Positions 49,450-62,500 of a stretch of DNA of 64,000 bases are shown piece after piece; positions within the stretch are counted from its first letter, which is position 1, and each line of letters opens with the position of its first letter. Origin of the DNA: Psilocybe cubensis (Eukaryota); NCBI GenBank assembly GCA_017499595.2, contig CM039000.1:2790001-2854000 (forward strand), given 5' to 3'. The position numbers were made by a program, and so were the translations under genes. The notes under the pieces are model-generated. The model worked only from the letters and a program-made list of their open reading frames with translations, ran no database searches and had not been told where the DNA came from.

Positions 49450-52400
49450 ATGGCTGCCCGCCGTCCGGTCACTTCTCGTGCGCGAGTAAACAACAATCTC
49501 AACCCCATGCCGCCACCGCAACAGCTGCAACGCCCAAAGTCTGTCATGTCCCGGCCGCCTTCTGCCTCTTCGCAGAGGGTTTCTTCTGATATTCAGGAAT
49601 CGTCCGGAACCTCATCTAAACGCCAGGGAGACGATGGAGACACTAATATTCAAGTAATTTTGCGTTGTCGTGCCCGTTCTCAGCGAGAAATCGACGAAGA
49701 ACAAACGGTCATTGTCGATATTGACGGAGAGAAGGCCAAAGAACTAATTATACAGACTGCCAAATCCAACTCCAGTCTAGGAATGCATACTCGAGCGCCT
49801 ACACGGACTTATACATATGATATTGTTTTTGGTCCAGAAGCTACTCAAAGCATGGTTTTTCACGACGTTGTTGCACCTATGGTGAAGGAGGTTACAGAGG
49901 GATACAACTGTACTGTGTTTGCATACGGGCAAACGGGAACAGGAAAAACGTGCGTTCTTCGCTTCGATCGTCTGCCATTTATTCATTTATTCATTTAACA
50001 CATTTGGATTGTAGGTATACCATGCAGGGAGAATTGGCGCCATCTCCTGTAGGTGGGCCCGCTGTTAGTGCGGGAATCATACCGCGCGTCCTGTTTCGTC
50101 TGTTTCATGAGCTTGAAAAAGCGCATACGGACTTCATCGTCAAGATCTCCTATATTGAACTTTATAATGAAGAACTACGTGACCTGCTTGCCGCTGAACT
50201 TTCAGCCCCATCTACTCTCACTCAACCAATGGGGAAGGACGCCAAAGGGGGCGAACAAAAGCTTAATATCTTTGACGATGTCAACAAACGCGGTGTTATC
50301 ATCCAAGGCTTGGAAGAAATCCCGGTGAAAGACTCGAAGCAGGCACTGGCTCTACTTACCAAAGGCAGTGAACGGAGGCAGATCGCTGCTACGAATTTTA
50401 ACGAACACTCTAGTCGCTCTCACTCGATTTTCTCCATCACTGTTCAAATTAAAGAACCCTCAGCTGCTGGGGATGATTTAATCAAAATTGGAAAGCTTAA
50501 CTTGGTGGATCTGGCTGGTTCTGAAAACATTGGACGTTCCGGCGCCGAAAATAAGAGAGCAAGAGAAGCTGGTATGATCAATCAAAGTTTGCTCACCCTT
50601 GGTCGAGTGATAAATGCGCTGGTGGATAAATCCCAGCACGTCCCTTATCGGTGAGTTGAAGACAAAGATGATAGTTTCTCTTTCATACTGACCCAAAGTT
50701 TTCTTGCCCTTCAGAGAGTCCAAATTAACTCGACTTCTTCAAGACTCCCTCGGAGGGCGTACGAAGACATGTATCATTGCCACGATATCACCATCTAGTC
50801 TCAACTACGAGGAAACCATCTCTACCCTGGATTATGCTCTTCGCGCCAAATCTATACGAAATAAGCCCGAGGTCAACCAACGTATGACGCGCAACTCGCT
50901 TCTCAAGGATTATATCATTGAGATCGAACAGCTTAAAGCTGACCTTCTTGCTGCTCGCGAGAAGAACGGTATATATTTCTCTGAGGAGACCTGGAAACAG
51001 CGCGTGGCGGAAAGCGAACTACGCGAAACAGAACTGATCGAAGCGAAGAAGCAGGTCACGATCATTGAGAACCAGATGCGAGCCGTTCGCGATGAATACG
51101 ATCAAAGCATAGCTTTGCTCAAGCGCCGGGAGGAAGAGTTAGAAGAGACGAGAGGAGTGCTCAAACAAACAGAGAACAATCTACGCCAACGCGAGGTGGA
51201 GCTTGCTCATATGACTGAACAATATGAGAAGGAGGTTGTTGTTCGTAAAGCCCATCAGCAGACTGAGGCTTCTATCAACGGTGTTGCATTGGGGCTCAAA
51301 AAGGTCACTGAAGAAAGTCTGCGTGATCTTGGAGGCGCCTTTGAGAAACTGGGTGAGTGCTACATTTATATACCACAATAACAACTAATCGCTTTGTAGA
51401 TCGCAAAAACAATGTTTTTGCGTCAAATAGACGTATTGTCTCGGAGAACGAAGAGCTTATCCGCGCATACGCAGATGCACTTATGAAAAAATTGACTGAG
51501 CTTGACCAGCTTATGAAGTCGTTAAGGGGGAACGTCGAAGAAGAAAATACAATGCATCTCTCTTCCCAGCAACAGGCAATAATTGCACAAGTGGAAAAGG
51601 TTAATGTCCACTTTGAAGGCGCCCAAGATCTATTTCAACAGATCGAGAAGTATGAAGGTGCCGGTGAACGCATTCTATCCAACTTTAAAGACCAACTAAA
51701 CAAGGCATATTCGTCCTTCACCTCGGAGGTGTCTTCCTGGTCCGAGAAGGCGACTACAGAGTGCACACAGTATTCAAACAATGCCATGGAGATCGGCATC
51801 GGACAACTTGACATATTGGAGGAATCCATATCCATTCTGACATCGCTCTTGAACCGAATATCTCGCGACGTGCAAATCTATCTTCATGACGAACGTGCCT
51901 CCCTGACAGAGTTGCGAAAACTAGCGGAAACATCTACCGCCCAGGAGCTGCAATATCTCCAACGCCAGAATGAAATATTGGCAGAAATGTTGATTAATGA
52001 GCGAAAAGCAGCGGATAAGGCCAAGAATGATCTACTTCAGCGCGTTTCGGGGCTTTTGGGTGACTTCTTGCAACAACGCGACGAGTCGCTGAGGGAATCC
52101 GTCGGCAGCTTGCAGCGCAGTAATGCGGAGGTCACAGCACTTCTGAAAGCGACCTGTGAACGTCAATCCGATCTGTACAATAACCTATCAACTACAAATG
52201 GGGAGTTGCAAAGCCAGATGGGGCAGGCAAACGAAGAAGGCAATGAAGAGAAAGAGAAGACAATTCAGGTATGGAAAATCTTGCGCTGGTTTATTTTTTA
52301 ACTTTTCCTAATATCTTTGTGTGGCTTTAGAATACTGCCACGGCAAAAGCAAAAATTGGTACATCACTAAAGGAAGTTGAAACTGCGATGACCAGCTCAA

Positions 52401-53191
52401 TAACTTCCCATTCCACGTGGGCAAACCGTCAGATACGTTCTATGGGCAAATCTTTGAATAGTGGTACGCCTCTTACTTCAGACTTCTCAACGATCTAATA
52501 TATCCTTTGCAGCTTTCGAAGAATACAATAGAGCAAAACGCGCAAGAGTCGAGGCAATAGATGGAATGCACGCAAATATTGAAAGTCATCATTCTGTTCA
52601 ACACAATTTCCTCGTGTCGATTTCCAATGAAATGGAAAGACATGGTAGCCAAGTTAATTCTTCTGTAAGTTTGATATATTGGCGTCAACTGTTCTCAACT
52701 AACGCGCCAGCGGCCATTAGGTCAAAGAACAGAGTGCAATTATGAAGGAATACCAAGTTGCCGCTAGCAAGAATTTGGAATCTGTTGAGCGCGCCAGAGC
52801 TACCATCGCCAACATGGGCAACAAAGACGACATTCCTACCGGTAGTACTCCACGCAAGAGGAAATGGCAGTATGTTGACGAATGGGCTCTAACCCAAAGC
52901 CGAGAGGAACTGCTGAAAAACTGGAAGCAAGACCCTGTGGCCGATGACGAAAGTAGCGAACAAGAGGACAGACCGGAATCCTCCAGTAGCCATCGTACTT
53001 CAGATGCCGCAATACGCAGAACTCATATCCGAACGGACTCAGTTCAATCAGAGAATGTCGCCCTGCCTATTCTAGAGGTGCAAGAGGGACGAAAGTTTGA
53101 GACTGTCAAAAAAGCTGACTCTCCCGCTGAACCGTTGGTTGAATCCAGAAAACGCAATGTGTCTACTCTCCGTACTCGACGAGCGCGATAA
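49450..53191 (+). CDS. bimC: Kinesin-5 (BimC/Cin8/Kip1/Eg5 family)
   Basis: [76 protein letters not shown] and IRNKPEVNQ. Long stalk and a BimC box ([12 protein letters not shown]). Confidence 0.95.
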
Positions 53192-53364
53192 ATGCTATCG
53201 ACTAATTTATGAATCATTCCCTTTATGTACATATCGTTACTCCATTCGTACTTACTACACTTGTTGTATGTATTATGTAATAAACATAACCGCTTTCGAA
53301 TCACGGCGCAGCGTCAAGCTTCAACACTGTCCTTCACTAGCCCTCAATCCGCAAAGTCGTTCTC

Positions 53365-53925
53365 ATGGCAGCAGGTCTTAGAAGTAGGGTTTTGTTTAAT
53401 CTAGTAAAGACCTAATGCACTCATAAACGTGAATAGCCGTTATACTTCTTTCTTTCGTGCTGGCCGTAGGTTTCCTGTTGATCATCCTTTCCTGCGCTCT
53501 GTGGCAGAACTGGCTTCCGTTACTCGTTGGTTCGTCGTCGCCAAACTGTTTCCTTATCTATCTGAATACAAAATAAAACCAATAGCGTTGACCTTTGTAT
53601 TGGCACCTCTTCCAAATGCTCTCTTCTCACACTGCGGTTCGGATGAACTCTCTTCGAGTTACGAAAGTTCAGCACCAGCGGTGGACCTTGGACGTTTCAT
53701 TACATCTATATTCGTTGTGACAGGATTTGCCTTGCCGATTGTGCTTGCACATTCCAACGTTATCGACCCGAAAGCTTGTGCCATGTCTATTACAGGAGGA
53801 GGGTGAGTAACTGTGTTACTCTCCTTGTATAGCAAGCTAACTGCTGTTTTGTTACTAGGCTTGTGTATGCTACAATTATTGCATACTCAGCGGCTTTCCG
53901 TCAGGAAGACTCCGATTATGATTAA
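53365..53925 (+). CDS. VPS55: Vacuolar protein sorting 55 (OB-RGRP/LEPROT family)
   Basis: MAAGLR|TVILLSFVLAVGFLLIILSCALWQNWLPLLV..TFVLAPLPN..DLGRFIT..GFALPIVLAHS..MSITGGGLVY. TAA 53923-53925. Confidence 0.92.
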
Positions 53926-54040
53926 TCTTGTACTTATAAGAATGTAATGTAGTACTGAGTCCACAAACAGCCTCGCAAGCTACCCTTTACGAGATATTCT
54001 ATATCCTACATGCATCATGACGAACCAATGTCTAACATAT

Positions 54041-57000
54041 CTATGGGTCATCTTTGAGTATCGCAGTTATGTGTGCTCTAGCTACCCTGCTATCTGCAGT
54101 TGCCCCTCCAAATCCACGTACTAGCGCGGATATCTCGAAATGCCCGGACGCCAAGAAACACACAGAAGTCGTGATTTCACGAGACTCGCCACTTTCAAGG
54201 CGTCCCACAGGAAGATCGTTCAGCACTCCTTCATAGATGATGTATTCAGAAGGATTTGCTTCCAATTCCATTGTGAATACGAGGGATGATGCTACCAGTG
54301 TTATCAGTTTATAGTCCTGGTAGTATGACTGAAACGACTAACGAGTCAAGTTTACTACTGTTGCTTTCAATTCAACGAACTCGTTAACTTTAGGGTAATG
54401 ACGTGACCCGTTGCGGTTTGCTTGCTGTTGCGTAGTTCCATCGCAAGACGACCCCAATGACAAAGAAACGCGAGCGATTTCTAGTCGGAAGACTTCAAGC
54501 ATTGGCAATGTCATCCTTTGAGTTCTGAAGGATAGTTCCCCTGACCTAGTTCCGCCAGTCTTTCGACATAGGATTAGGCACCAGTAAAGAATTGTTTCAA
54601 GACGCATACCTCGTGCCAACGACCCCGAACACATTTGAACAATTCCTCCCGATACCAGAATAATTCACGTTGTGCCCTTTGGTCAGCTTCTGACAAGCTT
54701 GACTGGGCCAGAACAAACTGCCTATCAGACAAAGTTGGGATCGGTTTTGAAAGTTGTTCTTCTTCCAGCAGAATTTTCTTGATCGGAATTACGAGCCTGG
54801 ACATTGTGACTTTTAGGATTTTACTAACTGATCAAGTTTGATTACCCACCGAGAAACGGAACCTGGTGGAATTGTCGTCGTCGATGATGCTGCGGATTCT
54901 CCATGTTGGGTTCGAATCAGGGCGACATCGAAGGGAGATCCATATGTATTCCGTACTTCAATTGAAAATAAACACCAGCCAGTATCATCTTCAAAGTGAA
55001 GGGAACTCATTCGGGCATTTTTGGGATGGTTATTTCGGAGCAGAGACAGGGGATATGAAGGGAATTGCAACAAATCCATCCCATTACATTCAAGCATATG
55101 GTAGACCGTTACCATAAGTGGGTATGACACCTGACGAACATAGAATACGTCGGAGTCATGAAGATTTGGGTCTTCGGCATGAGAGTATGAAATGTGAATA
55201 ACGCCGTTGTTACTACCAAATAAACGTTTTTAGTAATTGTCATCGGATGCAAGACGCAAAAAACATACCAGCCAACTTTACCGTAACATTCGACCGTCAG
55301 GGTTAAGATGTGATTAGGTGCGATAGTCTTTGCTTCATCTTGATCCCACGAAAATACTGGTTTGTGGATTAGATTAAACTCCGTTTCATAAGTGTCAGAG
55401 ACCGAAAGGTTTCCTTCTGCCAGGGCCTTCTGGGCAGGTTCGATCGTAGAATCTTCGAATGCACAATGTAAAAAGTCTACAGTGATAGGTGAGACATTTT
55501 CAAGGGTCAACCTGATCGACGACCTGAAAAAAATATTAAAGTTTACCCAACCTGAAGAAAAGAAAAGTCCCCTTACTTCTCGCCATCGTACAACATTAAT
55601 GCTCCATGAGTGATAGAGCTTCGCCGAATGCGAAGGAGAGGTTGCTCTGGGACAACTTTGCATTCTAGGAACCTAAATGATGGACCGGAGGCGTCTGCGG
55701 GGGATTTGCTGGAACGTTTTTCTTGTTTCGTCCCGTGATAATAATCCAATCCTGCATATTTCGACCGACCATTTTCTGAATTGATTGCTCTTCGTTTTCG
55801 TGAAATGCGTTCCTCTTCCTGGGCTGTGTACAAAGGTAGAATATATTCTCGGACCACTCCTCCTGGAGCCTGAACAAAGCAACCACGAATAGTGAGGGTG
55901 CCGGTATCTGTTGCTTTGCCCGAAAGAACTACTTGGTGGAGGGTGTTTGCTGGAATTACCACCCGGAGAGGCTGGGATTCGAATGCAACCCCTGAGGTAC
56001 TAAATAAATAGATTATATGTACAAAATTTTTAAATTGCGGCTACCAGAGCACTTGCCTTAATGACAGCTCCTGCAACTCTAGATCGAAGATATAGGGATT
56101 TTGCAAGGTAATCACAAATTCCAGAACTTCATTTTTCACAACGAGTGATTTTTCCTGTGGTTGAATTGAGCGCGGATGTTGCAGGAATCACAAAAAGGTA
56201 TCACTTTGCCTGCTGTCGCCTTTCTAGGATTGTACAAAAACGGATCAACAATCCCTTGCACAAGGGGCTTTAAATCGCCAATTTTGTGTTGGATTGACCG
56301 GGGTTTCTCGACAGGGATCCGTATTGCCGGTAACCTATGACAGTATTTGCTGCATCAGAACGGTATCGACTTTGAAATGGAGCACTTACGGTGCAATGGA
56401 CATGCTGACAATAGGCCTACCTGACCAGTACTCAACAGCTCGGGAATCCCCTCTTCTTCTTGCTGTTACCAACGCTCGTGAGGCAGTAGAGTATAGATGG
56501 TATTGGTCTCCAGAAGTCAGGACAGTCTGAAGTGTTTTTAACGATGAAAGGGCGAATTGAGCAACAGTAGGAAAATCTGAAAAATATCTTTTAGTCAATC
56601 GACGATACCTGCATTAGAATCACATCATACCGGGTAATGCCTCTGCAACTGCAACAGCTTCGCGAACAACGCCGACTTGTAGTTCAGGCCAGCCACAGGG
56701 TTGTCGAAGTTCTTCGATGATATCTTCGTCATAATCATCCAAAGACGGAGGGTTTGGGGATTCGCGTGACTTAGTGCCCTCCACTAATCCCACTGACTCC
56801 AAATTGATGCCCAGCACTTTGCAAACATACTTCAGCAAACGAAGGACACTTTCATTTCCTGCAGAGCTTTCACTCAACCGTACACCAACCGTTCCCCAGT
56901 TACCCCCGGCACCGGCGTGGACATTGTGAATACCCAAACCTGCGCTTTGGGCAGTTGGTTGGGAAAAACCATCTTCTTCCCGGCCACAAACCATGAGGTC

Positions 57001-58753
57001 CAGAATACAACCCAATACTTCTCGAAGAATGTAGGCTTCTTTGCGGTGATACCCCAGACATGAATAAAAGCTGGCCATTGTCTCCAGAATGGAAATCCGC
57101 TCCCGTTGCCCGAGATGTAACAACCAGGGTCCGTGTAACTGACTCAACGCAGATGATATTGATGCCCGCGAAATTCCGGTGATTGAGCTCAAGCGTTCCA
57201 AAATCAACCATTGGTCTCTGTCGTCTGATAACAGAGTTGGAGGTAGCTGCGGCTTAGTACCTGACTGAAGCATGATTGTGAAAGCAAGAGGACCCCAGCC
57301 TTTAGAAGACCATACAGAAAACAGTAGGGATGTCTGTCGAAGTACACATCCACAGAAGAGATACGCAAGCAAAGAATGCATTTGTTCGCCATCAGGGGCC
57401 GGCGTTTTCTGGTATAAGTTGATGGCTTGTTGTAGTCTGTCACTGACATCTGTCCAAGGTTCTTTAACAGCGGTCACAGAATTGTTCTTTCAGGCCTACA
57501 AGTTTGTGTTAATCCATTTTAATAGAGAAGGACAACTCACCAGACCATGGCCCACTGACCATGCATCAATTATTGCGATAGTCGCCATTCCCTCCAAGGT
57601 GCAAGCATACCATAGCGGATCATGAGAGCTTTTGAATAGTTGGACTGCTTCATTGTACCTAGTTTTAGCTTAATGTGTGCGTGTAAAAGATAGCTATAAC
57701 TTGGAACATACCAGATTGTTGCATCTTCCGTTCTTCCAGAAAGAAGGAAAAAGTCCCCGAGCATTTTGTAGAGTCGGCCATGTGAAGAGCTTGTACCAAT
57801 GGTACTGAGTCTCTTCTTCTGTGCTTGTACACCCAATGTGGATTGTCTAGCCGTGCTGGAGTTGGCAGACGACGCATTGCGTTTTATAGCGGGTGCTGCA
57901 GCGAGACTAAAAGAAGACCGTGAAATGTCGGGTGAGCTGTTATGTGAATTTATACTTGGCGATGATTCAGTCCTGGAGAAAGAATTCAAAGATGATGGCA
58001 ATTCGGCTACAGGAGGGAGGAACGGCATTAACGATGCATTGAGATATTCGTTGCCTAGGGGTGTTTCTAAAGCTTGCACCTATTCGTTTATGCTTATAAG
58101 TAAATGAGTCAAATGGATTTTTAATACTGACCAACACCCCAAATTCCGTAAGAATTTGTGAACACAGCACTCCAAGCAATGTTCCGATGTGAAGCTTCCT
58201 ATTCTTTATGCAGGGTACTGTCACCAGGCCTGGTAGGGTTTCTCCAGGATCTAAGTTCGCTGTGCCTTCTACATCTTCGAACGCAAAACAGTTGGTTACC
58301 AGAGGATAGGTACTTCCTGATGGAAATATGTCTGCGAGGGATGAACGGAACTGTGAATAAAGGGATTTCGAGGATTCAGATTGGGAACATGTTGCAACGC
58401 CGATGACTGCAAGTGGGAAGTGTGATGGCCGAACAAGAGAAAGTAGGGAGTGTGATTGAGGTGGAGGATGCGTTGGAAAACTTAGAAGTATGTTTCCTTT
58501 CGACAAAGGATTAGGGAGAAAGCGAGCAGCTAGATGACCAAGTGTGGATTAAATGACAAGATCATTTAGCACTGAATGAATTTGACGACCCACCTCTTCC
58601 ATCTCTGGTATCTGTCGGAATTTCTCCCAGCCTGATCGAGTCGAAACTTCGTATTTCCTCAGCATAAACATCGAAAGAAGATCGTGGTATCAAGCCGACG
58701 GGTATAAGCAGAATTCGGATATGTGCAAGCGAAGCAAAGGCATGCGTGTCCAT
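54041..58753 (-). CDS. TRS120: TRAPP II subunit Trs120/TRAPPC9
   Basis: MDTHAFASLAHIRILLIPVG, RFLPNPLSKG, LAVIGVA, GRLYKMLGDFFLLSGR, GWPELQVGVVREAVAVAEALPD, DPFLYNP and LQNPYIFDL. Ig-like C-terminus ends CFLASGHFEI. Confidence 0.88.
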
Positions 58754-59504
58754 GAACTAGACGACACAAACCAATCAGTGTGTATCCTGGGTATCGTCTG
58801 GGAATTGTCCAGTCAAGCTGAAGGACCTGGCCAGAATTTGAAGATAATGCAAGGATTTGGGAATGATATGTGGGGTGCCAAAGTAGCCTGTTAGCACACT
58901 CCAAATTAGCCGCACCCCGATCAAACGCTTCCGGTATCACATGATGGCCACGACGGTCGTCCAACGTCGAGTGCTGTGAATTGGATGCTCACCAACTTCT
59001 GAAGCACCACACCGAATATCATCATAATAATGGTATACCTATCTCCCATCTACTGAAGTATTCCTCATCTCTTCTTGTTACAGGGAGGAAGCGATAAAGC
59101 GTTGGGAGGCGCTATGCTGCTGGCAGCGTCAGTTGTCTTCACCTATTACACAACATGGGCCATACTTCTCGTGAGTGGGATCCTCTGAGGGTTAGACTAT
59201 CCTGACCATTCTTCCAGCCATTTTTCGATAGCTCAAACCTAATTCACTCCTGGTTTCCGGCTAGGGAATGGGCTATAAGGGTGCCGGCGTTCATTTTGGT
59301 CGTTGGTCTGTCGGCTATTGGATCATTCCTAGGCATAACTATCATAAGAGAGAATCGAAAGAAAGCAGAAGCTGCCAGACTAAGAACGGCGTGAGCCTTC
59401 GCATTAAATTCTCACTATCGAAACAAGAAGTGCACTTTTGCGAGAATGCTAGAAAGTGCATTCGACATACATACACGTCCCTTCAAATACCAATAATAGC
59501 TGTA

Positions 59505-62500
59505 TTAGGTGGCCAACGCTCTTCCCTCCTTCCGCGATCTTTCACCTGGCATTCTACCATAATCTCTCTTGCTTTCCATAATCCGTATTTTTTCAGCAGC
59601 TATAAGTTCCTTTCCTATCTGCTCGAAAAGAATGTTGCTGCGTAGAGTTTCCGTGGGCGGCTCGGACATAGTTTTGACAGCTCGAGCAATCTTTATGAAG
59701 TGTTCAACCCACGATGATGCTTTATAAATCAAAACTTAACTTACTCTTCCAGACAAAAGGGAATCTCCTCGTGCTAATGATCGAAGGCGATTTAGAATGA
59801 TAGTATGCGAAGCCGTGTCCAGAGCAAGGGATGATTTCAAGGCATGTACATATAGCAATAATTCTGCCACAGATGTACATGCCAGTGATGTTAAAGTCTG
59901 AAAGAACTTGAATTAGAGCCGAGTTCCCAAGTTAAAGCGCTAAATCTTACAGGATAAAGCCCAACTTGTGCTTCTGTCTCCAATACACCCAAAAATCCTT
60001 CAAATCCTGGCCAAAGCTCGTTCCAAACAGCGTAGACGACTGTCTCACCGCCTTGAACAAATTTAGAGACAGAATCTGCGATCTTGAGCCAGAGCTTCAT
60101 CGATATATGAACTTGGTTGACATCTGTTGTTGCAGCGGCAGCAGATGAAATTCCAGATGTGACATAGGTTCTCAAAACCATGGAGTACGTATTGCTGAAA
60201 GCAGAAAAGTAACCAAAAATCATGCTTGTCCAATCGTCGTTATTCTCCTGTAATATTGCGAGGAGAAGTACATTCCATGTTCGAATGCTTAGGGGCAATC
60301 GAAGGTATTTCTAAAAAATAAAGAGTATGCTCAGTCTGCAACTATAATAACAGAGTGTGTTGTGACAAACGTCTGATTGTTGGTCAATGAAACGGTGTAG
60401 AATCGACGGGTCTTGATTCCCGATAGATAACAGTAGCCTTCCAGTTGCCACCGCAGCCTGGAAATCCGGATCGATGCTTTCGTCGTGCCATGCCGAGTTC
60501 TGGAGAAATAAAAATGCATCATCGGCAAGATTACGGAAAAGAAGACTATGAGTTGACGATGGAGGTAATGTATTAGCATCTTCTGACGTAGTCAAACACT
60601 GACAAGCTAAGAATCAATTGAAATTTGCAAAAGAGTAATAGCATACCTCAATCAAAGACTTTATTGTGAGAGGAAGTATTTTAGTCTTCATCCGGAAACC
60701 ATCCAAGAGAATCTCGAAAAGAAGGGCGACAATGTCAAGTGTTCCATTATTTTCCGTATTTTTTGGTCGACTTAAAATAGCAGCTTGAATTAGAATAGTT
60801 AAGCTAGACACCTTGACATGTAACCTGTTTGATACTGCTCTAACCACAGTCTCGATGTAGGGCAATAAATCCTTGATGAATATGATAAGTTCACAAACCA
60901 AGAAAAACATGCCTAACACCATGGGCTAGTACCTTTGAATGTTTCTTGTTACTTCGTAGGAGAGTCGCCGACATTGAAAGAATGGGTGCGGGATCAGCCC
61001 CTTCGATTGTTCCGTCTGACAATCTACGGACTAGGTGTGTCAGGTGTTGACCGGTAACTGAACACAGATATGAGTAACAAATGTTTGAGCAGAAGAATAA
61101 CCTACATATAAGAAGATCCGAGCTATAGCCTTCGTGATATACAATCTCAACGAAATTAGCGATGCTCTGAAGTATCGTTAAGAATACCGAAGGATCACAT
61201 TCGACTGCCCGGCTAAGGGTGTCGCGAAGTAGGGGGTCGCAAATGAAATGAGATACCGAACCTCCGTCCTTTCCTTGTCCTTTGAAAATTTCGGCCAAAA
61301 CGGTAAAAAAATGTGGTTCTAGGGGTCGCTATACAAATTTGAGAACGCAAAGCAGATACAGAGATGTATCAAGAACATTACCCTCATCAGACCAATAAGT
61401 AGGCCATTTTGACAAAACCTATTTACATTATTTTTAACATCAGAGAAAATGAACAAATCTACCTCGTTACTTACGTTTGAAGAGTAGTTCCAATGAGAAA
61501 TTTGCCCTGAACGACAAGCGCATCTTGACTGTTCTGTATCTGCGATGCAATTTCGGATGCCACAAGTTCAAGGATAGTCCTAGAGGTCATTGAAACAATG
61601 TCGGGGGAACGAAGCAAACAGCACGGGGTCTTTGCACGTACGCGACGGTGGCTCCTAAGAATGTGTGCCACTTCTTTATAGAAGCTTGTGCGATAGAAAG
61701 TGACAGTTGCCGAAGCTCGTAGCTTATGTCTTTTGACAGTAATTCGATTGTCCGCAAGACGGCACCCCGTAACAGAGGTTGTAAATGTCGAAATAACCGA
61801 TCTTCAAAATCATATTTTTGGATGGCAATATACAGAGTTTCAAGAGCACATTTAAGTGTCAGGACAGGAAGCGACGATAACTCCCGCAGCTTTCCAAGTA
61901 TGCAAAGACTCGCGTCCAGGAAAACAGATCCAATTAAAGCGTTGATTGTCTTATCATCAGGACCGTTAGAAATCCCTATCGCAGCATAAGGTAATTTGGC
62001 AGATTGTGGAGCATCGATGACTCGGAGCAACTCTTCAACACAGGGATACGCAGATTCAGGCATGTCTGAAATATCGTCGAATTGCAAGTGAAAGGATTGA
62101 CCGCTTAGCGTGGGGACCATGATGACGCGACTGAAGCCTGCGATTTTGACAAACTGAACCTTGAGCTTCATAACAGAGATTTTGTCGATTTCAACACCGT
62201 CAGCCAGCATCTGGAAACTCAGTAAAACAAGCGAAGTCTAAAAATATAAGGTGTCTTTCTTCAAGCTTAAAGAATGGGACTCACTCGGAGATGGGATAAG
62301 TCGGGATCTATACTCGATAAGTTGTAGAACTCCCTCGCCTTTTCATCGACCGCCTAAGATGATATCAATGACATTCTGGTTATAAATGATACACCTTACC
62401 AAATCTCTGGGAGAAGAAAATGGTACGTCTGCGCCGTTTAGGTCATAATCATATTCCATCAGAGTTTCCATGATCTGCTCCCAACCCAAAACTTAAACAC

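Noticed and set aside
58960-59500. Possible small gene between TRS120 and the large helical gene (incl. ORF 59268-59645)
   Set aside because: No coherent exon structure or motif; more likely 3' UTR and promoter sequence.
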